DNA of 44,224 bases from a virus. Its lineage: Duplodnaviria > Caudoviricetes. The stretch's first letter is position 1; every line of letters starts with the position of its first letter. The position numbers and the translations under genes are program-made. Where the stretch lies: the IMG/VR virus record IMGVR_UViG_3300012920_000078, positions 1 to 44,224 of that record. One strand, given 5' to 3'. The notes beneath the pieces are model-generated. The model did no database searches, had not been told where the DNA came from, and saw only the letters and a list, made by a program, of their open reading frames with translations. Positions 27,010-33,889 of this stretch are shown here, one piece after another.

Positions 27010-27594
27010 ATGGCAACAGTAGGTACATTTTATTTCGATACAAATAGCTTTGCAAGCGCTACAACAATATATGATGATGCTGCTTTGACTACAGTGGCTC
27101 AAAACGGATGGTATTCAGACGGCACAATTGTAAGGCAACAAATAAGTGGAGTTTTATATGCAGCGCAATCATGTAGCGCACCTGTTCCAGTTGTTACACC
27201 TGTTAATCCTACTCCTGTAGCTCCGACTCCTGTACAACCACAACCTGTACCTGTACAACCGCAACCAGTGCCTGTACAACCTGTACCTGTACAGCCACCA
27301 GTACAACCAGTAGCACCGCCTGTTCAACCAGTAGCACCGCCAGTACAACCACCAGTGCAGCCACCTGTGAACCCTCCTGTGAACCCTCCTGTGAATCCTC
27401 CTGTAACACCTTGTTATGTATATACTGCTACTAACAACGGTAGCGGTGGAAACAATACTGTTGGGTATTATAATTGTAATGGCTTTACACAATCCGTTAC
27501 TGTACAGCCTGGTTATCCAGTATCATTCTGCGCAACTCAAATTTTAAATCCAGGAAGTGCAGTAAGCGTAACTAATACTCAACAGTTATGTTAA
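27010..27594 (+). CDS. Proline-rich tail-associated protein (N-terminal domain, Pro/Val/Gln linker, 4-Cys domain)
   Basis: About 77-aa linker of PVQPQPVPVQP/PPVQ/PPVN repeats, and a C-terminal 4-Cys domain homologous to those in the neighbouring tail genes. Confidence 0.85.
   Translation: MATVGTFYFDTNSFASATTIYDDAALTTVAQNGWYSDGTIVRQQISGVLYAAQSCSAPVPVVTPVNPTPVAPTPVQPQPVPVQPQPVPVQPVPVQPPVQPVAPPVQPVAPPVQPPVQPPVNPPVNPPVNPPVTPCYVYTATNNGSGGNNTVGYYNCNGFTQSVTVQPGYPVSFCATQILNPGSAVSVTNTQQLC
27181..27411 (+). repeat. Coding degenerate tandem repeats (cctgtacaacc.., ccagtagcaccgcc x2, cctcctgtgaa x3) encoding the Pro-rich linker
   Basis: Directly visible imperfect 6-21-nt repeat units, in frame. Confidence 0.85.
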
Positions 27595-27619
27595 TCATGT
27601 CAAATTTAAATTTAATACA

Positions 27620-28885
27620 ATGTTTCAAGAAATACCAAATTTTCTCACACATGAAGAGTGTGATTTATATATACAATTAATAGATAAACAAAACCAACCC
27701 TCATGTGTATCTGGGTCTGGAAACGAAATATCAAAAAGAGATGATAAAAGCAGAACATCATCTACATCCTCTTTTAATAACCATATGTTATTGCATAAAG
27801 CTTTAAGTGAAAAAATAGCTAAAACTTTACAGTTAGATATAAAAAAAGGAGAGGGACTTCAAGGACAAAAATACCAAGTTGGTCAGTATTTTAGACCTCA
27901 TTTAGATTGGTTTCAAGGGGATTCATATATAAATCATTGCTTACATTCTGGCAACAGAACTCATACTTTTATGATTTATTTAAATGATAATTTTGAAGGT
28001 GGTGGCACTAATTTCCCAAAGCTAAATCAAACTGTAAAACCAGAGAAGGGTAAGGCTGTTTGGTGGAGAAATTTGGATGAAAATAAAGTAGGTATACAAA
28101 ATGTTTTACATGAAGGTATGGATGTTATTGCTGGTAATAAATACATAATTACCAGTTGGTGGAGAGAAAACGATTTTAATGGAGGAGAAGATGCAAAAAA
28201 AGCAAATGAGCATCACGAAGCTCAGAAAAAAACAAATACTGTGTCTTTAGTACAATCACCTCCTGAAATAAAAATATTTAAAAATATAAACGAAATACCA
28301 AGGCTAACAGCTAATGGGTTTACAAAAGCAAAAATACCACAAGATGTGTGGGGTTTAATTCAAGATTCTTACTCTATGTTGAGAGATAAAGAAGTAGTGG
28401 AAAATTTTGATAATAAAAAAGCAGTTATTGAAACTAATATACCAAATGCTGAAAGCAGTACTTTGTTAAATTTTGAACACATCCCTAATATAAGAAAGCA
28501 GATACATAGTATGCTTTTACCCTACCATGAAGAATGGGCAAATACAAAACTAGAACCTTCATTTATATATGGTATTAGGTCTTATTTAAAAGGAGCTACT
28601 CTCATTAAACATGTAGACAGAATAGCAACGCATCATATATCTACTATATTAATAGTAGACAAAGATTTAAGATGTGGATGCGCACACAAAGAGTTAGGTG
28701 AAGACTGGCCGTTAGAAATACAAGGTCATGATGGTAAATGGTATGAAGTTTATGCAGAGCCTGGTGAAATGATTTTATATGAGTCAGCTGTTTGTGAACA
28801 TGGAAGAACAAAACCATTTGAAGGAAAGTATTATAGAAATTTTTACACTCATTACAAATTTGTAAACTACCAGTATAATGCATGA
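27620..28885 (+). CDS. Prolyl 4-hydroxylase fused to a second 2OG-Fe(II) oxygenase domain
   Basis: Domain 1: IPNFLTHEEC, RTSSTS, LQGQKYQVGQYFRPHLDWF, GNRTHTFMIYLND..EGGGTNFP, VKPEKGKAVWW, LHEG..V..GNKYIITSW (HxD..H..K of P4Hc). Domain 2: YGIRSY..GA.L.KHVDR...WPLEI..HDG...EPGEMILYES...HGR. Confidence 0.9.
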   Translation: MFQEIPNFLTHEECDLYIQLIDKQNQPSCVSGSGNEISKRDDKSRTSSTSSFNNHMLLHKALSEKIAKTLQLDIKKGEGLQGQKYQVGQYFRPHLDWFQGDSYINHCLHSGNRTHTFMIYLNDNFEGGGTNFPKLNQTVKPEKGKAVWWRNLDENKVGIQNVLHEGMDVIAGNKYIITSWWRENDFNGGEDAKKANEHHEAQKKTNTVSLVQSPPEIKIFKNINEIPRLTANGFTKAKIPQDVWGLIQDSYSMLRDKEVVENFDNKKAVIETNIPNAESSTLLNFEHIPNIRKQIHSMLLPYHEEWANTKLEPSFIYGIRSYLKGATLIKHVDRIATHHISTILIVDKDLRCGCAHKELGEDWPLEIQGHDGKWYEVYAEPGEMILYESAVCEHGRTKPFEGKYYRNFYTHYKFVNYQYNA

Positions 28886-29954
28886 CAAGTATATTTCATT
28901 TGACCCTTGGTGGGGCGGATGGAATAATCAGAGAATGTCTTATGAAACTGCGGCAGCAATATCTATTTTGACAGGCAGAAAACTAGTTTTGCCCTACAAA
29001 CATTACTGTTTATTTTTTGGTTGGCATGAAAATAAATCTAGTTTTTTAGACCCTTGGAGAATATTAGATAGAGAGTTGTTTTTCAAAGAATTTAATTGCA
29101 TAGATTTTTTCGATGTCCCTGAATACAATAAGTTGGGTAATAAAGTTCATTATTTTCACGGTATTGATAAAATTGCTAAATGTTATTTGTTTCAAGATTA
29201 TCCATATAACGATTGGGGTTTCAATAAAGACCCATCATCTGGAGAAGTTTTAGTTTACAGGGTTGAAAATTCTAAAGATTTTAGAGATTTCTGTGGAGAC
29301 AGAAAAGTATACAATTTGGATGTGCCAGACAAGTTCATTCATTTCCCAAGAAATCTTTTTGCACACTATTACTTTCATGTATATGGCCCTAATAAATTTA
29401 TTAGAAATGCTATTAGAGAAAGGATAGGTAGGGGTATAAAATTTAGGAAGGAATATTATAGTTTATCTAACAAGGCACTTTTAGAATTAGGCGACTTTAA
29501 CGCTATACATGTTAGGTCTGGAGATTTTAATCAAGTTCACAAAGAAGACACTTCATCTTTGTTAAATGACCTAAAACAAATGTTAGAGGGTAGATTAGAT
29601 AAATCAAAACCACTGTACATTGCAACCGATGAAAAAGATAGAAGTTATTTTGACACACTGAAAAGCGAGTATAAAGTTTTTTTTAGAGAAACATTTTTTG
29701 ATTTTGTGTTAGATGAATATGAGTCTTTAGCGCTAGACCATATTATACCTTCGGAAGCTGATATATTTTTAGGCACTAAATGGAGTACATTTACTGATGC
29801 TATTAATTGTATGAGAGGTTTTGCTGGTAAAAAAGATTTTTCAAGACAAGGTATTAATTTTAATTATCCTCCACTAGATAAAAATATAATACCCTGGAAT
29901 CAAGAAGATTATACTTGGCAAAAAATATATCATAGTCATTGGACTGCTGAATAA
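28878..29954 (+). CDS. O-fucosyltransferase-like glycosyltransferase (GT-B, POFUT1/2-like O-FucT family)
   Basis: GGWNNQRMSYE...GRKLVLP; motif I AIHVRSGDF; motif II LYIATDE; motif III D....EADIFLGTKWSTFT. Confidence 0.85.
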   Translation: MHDKYISFDPWWGGWNNQRMSYETAAAISILTGRKLVLPYKHYCLFFGWHENKSSFLDPWRILDRELFFKEFNCIDFFDVPEYNKLGNKVHYFHGIDKIAKCYLFQDYPYNDWGFNKDPSSGEVLVYRVENSKDFRDFCGDRKVYNLDVPDKFIHFPRNLFAHYYFHVYGPNKFIRNAIRERIGRGIKFRKEYYSLSNKALLELGDFNAIHVRSGDFNQVHKEDTSSLLNDLKQMLEGRLDKSKPLYIATDEKDRSYFDTLKSEYKVFFRETFFDFVLDEYESLALDHIIPSEADIFLGTKWSTFTDAINCMRGFAGKKDFSRQGINFNYPPLDKNIIPWNQEDYTWQKIYHSHWTAE

Positions 29955-29959
29955 GTTTG

Positions 29960-29967
29960 TATCTTTG
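29960..29967 (+). promoter_or_regulatory. Bacteroidota -7 promoter box (TATCTTTG, preceded by TAAGTTTG at 29952)
   Basis: Intergenic, 16 nt before ATG 29984. Confidence 0.65.
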
Positions 29968-29983
29968 TTTTAAATAAAATCTC

Positions 29984-30526
29984 ATGTTAAAAAAAATAAA
30001 ATTAAATTTTGATTGGAGTCAATTTTTGCCACCAAAGCAAGATTACTCTATACATAAAGGTAGTTGTTTGACACACCAAACAAAAGAATTAACAGATATT
30101 CATGAAGAGTACGGGCTAGGTGAAACATATACTACCGAAAACACTGTTATACAACAATTGTGGTATACTGACAAAGAAGTAGATTTTGAAGAGCTTGGTA
30201 GACAAACTAAAATGGAGGTAATTACTTTATCCAGTATTTTACAACCTCCAGGCAATACAATTGCATTACACCGTGACACTTTTTTCCAAATAAAAAAAAG
30301 GTTTCCTAACGACAAAAGATTAAAGGTAAGAGCTAATATATACTTAGAAGACTGGATAGTGGGGCATATGTTGCAATATAAATCAGAAGAAGATGGTGTA
30401 TGGAAAACATCTGATAATTGGAAAGCTGGAGAGGGTTTTATTTGGGACTCAAAACCTCTGCACTTATCAGCAAATGCGGGAATGAAAAATAAATATACTT
30501 TACAAATATCAGGATTTCTTCTTTAA
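29984..30526 (+). CDS. Fe(II)/2OG cupin oxygenase (Asp/Asn beta-hydroxylase-like fold)
   Basis: QPPGNTIALHRDT (HxD), RANIYLEDW..GH, WKAGEGFIWDSKPLHLSANAG...YTLQISG. Confidence 0.7.
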   Translation: MLKKIKLNFDWSQFLPPKQDYSIHKGSCLTHQTKELTDIHEEYGLGETYTTENTVIQQLWYTDKEVDFEELGRQTKMEVITLSSILQPPGNTIALHRDTFFQIKKRFPNDKRLKVRANIYLEDWIVGHMLQYKSEEDGVWKTSDNWKAGEGFIWDSKPLHLSANAGMKNKYTLQISGFLL

Positions 30527-30548
30527 ATAACCCTAGTTATTTAATTTG

Positions 30549-30556
30549 TAAATTTG
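30549..30556 (+). promoter_or_regulatory. Bacteroidota -7 promoter box (TAAATTTG)
   Basis: Intergenic, 16 nt before ATG 30573. Confidence 0.6.
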
Positions 30557-30572
30557 TATAAAATTATTTTGT

Positions 30573-32609
30573 ATGGCTTGTTACTCGTTTACGAGGTGTG
30601 ATGGAACTTTAAATCCTGGAAATGGTAGTCCTTATTTTGACTATGCTTTTGGGCAGGGTGTCATAATAAATATTGGAAAAGTTTACTCTATTTATGGACA
30701 TTGCTACACCGCTTATGCGCTACAACCTAATTATCAAAATTGCTTAGAAGCAAGTCCACCCCTTGTCGAGTATAACAACTGTAATGAGTGTGAAAACCCA
30801 CCATCACCTGCGCCTGTAGGGCCAGTTTATGGGTGGCGGGTAAACACTGTACAAGGTAGCGGCTCAAACGTAAAACCATCTTCCTGTGCATATTGTAATA
30901 TTTTAGTTTATGCTACTGTAGCAAATCATAGCGACATTGTATGTGGTAATGCTACTTTTTACAACGATTCAGGGCTAACCTCACCATTTCAAGGTAGCAA
31001 CCAATATTATAGTGCTCTACCAGCTCCTAACGTTGAGGTGGGTCAAGGTACTGGTTTGTTGTTGTTAGCAAACGGAGGTGTTGTAACAGATAAATTTGAC
31101 TGCCAAGGTAATTCTAATTGTGCTAATGATTGTTTTCAATTTACAATATCAAACAATAGCAATCCTTTAGATGACGATAGCTTTACATATATAGATTGTT
31201 CAGGCAGCCCTGTATCAAGCAATCAACCTTATGGTGGACAACAAACTGTTTGCGCTAAATCTTTTACACATGAGGGTGTTGCTTTAACTATAACAAACAC
31301 ATTAGTAAATTGTAATACTCCTGTGCCTATAGCACCTCCATCACCCACTCCTGTACCGACACCTGTGCCTGTTCCAACACCTACTCCTGTGCCTGTTGCG
31401 CCTACACCTCAACACTGTCTACAAACAACTAACGCTGTTACTGTTCAAGAGGTAAACGGTGTAAACTCTTATTTCTTTGGTGAAACTTACGGAGTGTATG
31501 GCTCTGGAACTGGAATATTTGTTTTGACAAATGTTCCTATAGAACATCCTATTGCTTTTCAAAATCATAATTTAACAAGCAAGTTTTCATATACTGGTCA
31601 ATATTCTATTGGTTCAAAACAAGGTTTAGATGGACAAACTTATGAATATTTTTATGGTGATGTAACAATAACTGTAACAGGAGACTATGGTTTAATAAGT
31701 TATGAGTGTTACTATCACGGATATATGGGTGGCCAAAACAATCTTGTTTTTGATAACTTTACTTGCCCTAATATAGCTCCACCTATAGTACCGCCACAAG
31801 CTGACCCCTCGTTACTCTACACTTTAACTTATAGTGATAGTGTACAAGGATGGCCTTCTTTTTATTCTTACTATCCCGACTACATGATAGGTATGAATAA
31901 TTATTTTTATAGTTTTAAAAATGGTGAGCTGTATAGACATAATACTAATCCTGTTAGAAACAATTATTACAATGTACAATACAACTCGCAGATTACAAGT
32001 GTGTTTAATCAGCAGCCATTAGAAAATAAAATATTTAAAACTTTAAACTTAGAATCTGATTCTTCTTGGTCAGCCACATTAGATAGTGATATACAAACTG
32101 GCAATTCTATAGATGCAAGTTATTTTGAGAAAAAAGAGGGAGCTTGGTTTGCTTATGTTAGAAGCAATGGGTCACTACCAGCGGATTCAAAAGAGTATTC
32201 TTTACGTTCTACAAATGGTATAGGAAGAAGTACATCTGTAAGTCCAGCAGGAAATCTAACAACAATTAATTTTTCTACTGACCCTCTTATAGATATAGGT
32301 AGTGATTTGAGTATAGGGGATATGGTTTACTTTTCTTTATCACCTTACAACATAATACAACTTGCAGGACAAGTTGTTGGTATAAATAGAGATTTACCAA
32401 CAGGAGAAAATAATATAATTATAAACACAGGTATAGCTAACTCTAACACTATACCTATTCAAGATGCGTATATTGCATACATAAAAAACCAAGAGGCAGA
32501 GTCTTATGGTCTCTTAGGTCATTACTGTCTATTCACCCTTACTAATACAAACAGCACCGCTACAGAGCTATTTGCTGTGGAATCTGAGGTAATGAAAAGC
32601 TATCCTTAA
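30573..32609 (+). CDS. Multidomain tail protein: Cys-rich domains, Pro-rich linkers, cupredoxin-like domain and C-terminal part of the nozzle/stabilisation protein
   Basis: The C-terminal ~263 aa (TLTYSDSVQGWPSFYSYYPDYM..MNNYFYSFKNGELYRHN...KIFKTLNLES...KKEGAWFAY...ELFAVESE) resemble the usual C-terminus of the nozzle family. Confidence 0.8.
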   Translation: MACYSFTRCDGTLNPGNGSPYFDYAFGQGVIINIGKVYSIYGHCYTAYALQPNYQNCLEASPPLVEYNNCNECENPPSPAPVGPVYGWRVNTVQGSGSNVKPSSCAYCNILVYATVANHSDIVCGNATFYNDSGLTSPFQGSNQYYSALPAPNVEVGQGTGLLLLANGGVVTDKFDCQGNSNCANDCFQFTISNNSNPLDDDSFTYIDCSGSPVSSNQPYGGQQTVCAKSFTHEGVALTITNTLVNCNTPVPIAPPSPTPVPTPVPVPTPTPVPVAPTPQHCLQTTNAVTVQEVNGVNSYFFGETYGVYGSGTGIFVLTNVPIEHPIAFQNHNLTSKFSYTGQYSIGSKQGLDGQTYEYFYGDVTITVTGDYGLISYECYYHGYMGGQNNLVFDNFTCPNIAPPIVPPQADPSLLYTLTYSDSVQGWPSFYSYYPDYMIGMNNYFYSFKNGELYRHNTNPVRNNYYNVQYNSQITSVFNQQPLENKIFKTLNLESDSSWSATLDSDIQTGNSIDASYFEKKEGAWFAYVRSNGSLPADSKEYSLRSTNGIGRSTSVSPAGNLTTINFSTDPLIDIGSDLSIGDMVYFSLSPYNIIQLAGQVVGINRDLPTGENNIIINTGIANSNTIPIQDAYIAYIKNQEAESYGLLGHYCLFTLTNTNSTATELFAVESEVMKSYP

Positions 32610-32615
32610 AATTAT

Positions 32616-32623
32616 TATCTTTG
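32616..32623 (+). promoter_or_regulatory. Bacteroidota -7 promoter box (TATCTTTG)
   Basis: Intergenic, only 7 nt before ATG 32631, so the transcript may be near-leaderless. Confidence 0.55.
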
Positions 32624-32630
32624 TAGTTAA

Positions 32631-33047
32631 ATGAATTTAGACATTCGACCTTTATCTGATGAAGATTATGATAAAGTTTTAAAGGGGTGGTGGTTAGATT
32701 GGAAATGGAATCCTCCAGCTAAAGAATTTTTACCTGAAAATGGTACAGGAGGATTTTTAGTTTTTGACAACAAAACCCCCGTTTGTGCTGGATTTATTTA
32801 TTTAACAAACTCTAAAGTAGCTTGGGTAGATTGGATAATATCAAATAAAAATTATAAAGACAGAGACAAGCGTAAATACGCATTAACGCTTCTTGTTTCT
32901 ACTTTAACTAAATTAGCAAAATCTACTGGTAATATTTTTGGGTATGCATTAATAAAAAATAAAAGTTTGATTGAAATATATAAAGAACTAGGGTATACAC
33001 AAGCGGATACTTACAATTGTGAAATGATTTTAAAATTAAATAAATAA
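32631..33047 (+). CDS. GNAT acetyltransferase-fold protein (position analogous to T7 gp13)
   Basis: IRPLSDEDY...GFLVFD..PVCAGF...VDWIISN..Y...R......L...L...AK..G...LIEIYKELGY is a GNAT pattern; it precedes the internal virion genes. Confidence 0.7.
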   Translation: MNLDIRPLSDEDYDKVLKGWWLDWKWNPPAKEFLPENGTGGFLVFDNKTPVCAGFIYLTNSKVAWVDWIISNKNYKDRDKRKYALTLLVSTLTKLAKSTGNIFGYALIKNKSLIEIYKELGYTQADTYNCEMILKLNK

Positions 33048-33886
33048 TGGCAGCAGTAACAGGTATAGTGGTTGGGGCGATTAGTGCAGGGGCATCTTTT
33101 ACACAGGCAGCTCAAGCAAATAAAAAAGCAAAAGCAGCACAAAAGGATGCCGATGAAGCGTTAAATAAAGCAAGACAAAGATTAAAAGAAAATAAATTTG
33201 CAGGTCTAACTATACCTAAAAAAGCTTTTGAGCAAGCAAGACGTGATGCTCAAGTTACTACTGCTACAATATTAAAAGCAGCCACAGAAGGAGACCAAAG
33301 AGGGGTTGCTGCTACAGCAGGAAAAGTACAACTTGCATCTGATAAGGGTACTGAAAGAATAGCTAGTCAAATAGAAAATAGGTTGTTTCAGATAGATGCT
33401 ATGAAAGCAAAAGAAGACGCTAGATTGCAGGGTTTAAATGTTGGTTTAGATTTAAAAGAAATACAAGGTCAACAAGCAGCGGCTCAATCAGCAGAAGCAA
33501 TGGCTGCTAATTCTTTAACCGCTGGTATACAAGGTTTAGCCAGCACTGTAGGTGCAGGTATAGATGCATTAAGTGATAATCCTAAAACAGCTGAAGTAAG
33601 AAATTTAGAGAGAGCTGAAAACTTAGTTGAAAGAGGTCAAAAAAATGAAACTGTTGATGCGGAAAATTTACAGAGCTACATAGCAAATAATGCTGATTTA
33701 AGTCAAGAAACAAGAGATAAATTTACAAATATTGAAGTTAAAGATGGAGTAACGATGGATGCTACTGTTAATGAATTGTTTACTGAATTACCTATTGATA
33801 CTCAAAAACAAATTATACAAGGTTTAAAAAGACAAGTTAATCCACGTGGATTTTTAGGTTTAAGAGGACTATTTTCAAAACAATAA
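33047..33886 (+). CDS. Putative ejection/internal virion protein 1
   Basis: Ala/Gln-rich with hydrophobic Gly/Ala segments at the N-terminus and centre, like T7 gp14 / P22 gp7-type proteins. Confidence 0.6.
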   Translation: MAAVTGIVVGAISAGASFTQAAQANKKAKAAQKDADEALNKARQRLKENKFAGLTIPKKAFEQARRDAQVTTATILKAATEGDQRGVAATAGKVQLASDKGTERIASQIENRLFQIDAMKAKEDARLQGLNVGLDLKEIQGQQAAAQSAEAMAANSLTAGIQGLASTVGAGIDALSDNPKTAEVRNLERAENLVERGQKNETVDAENLQSYIANNADLSQETRDKFTNIEVKDGVTMDATVNELFTELPIDTQKQIIQGLKRQVNPRGFLGLRGLFSKQ

Positions 33887-33889
33887 AAT

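Noticed and set aside
27181-27411. Short tandem DNA repeats as a possible CRISPR array or non-coding VNTR
   Set aside because: There is no constant repeat with unique spacers; the units are in-frame, wobble-varied codons of a Pro-rich linker.
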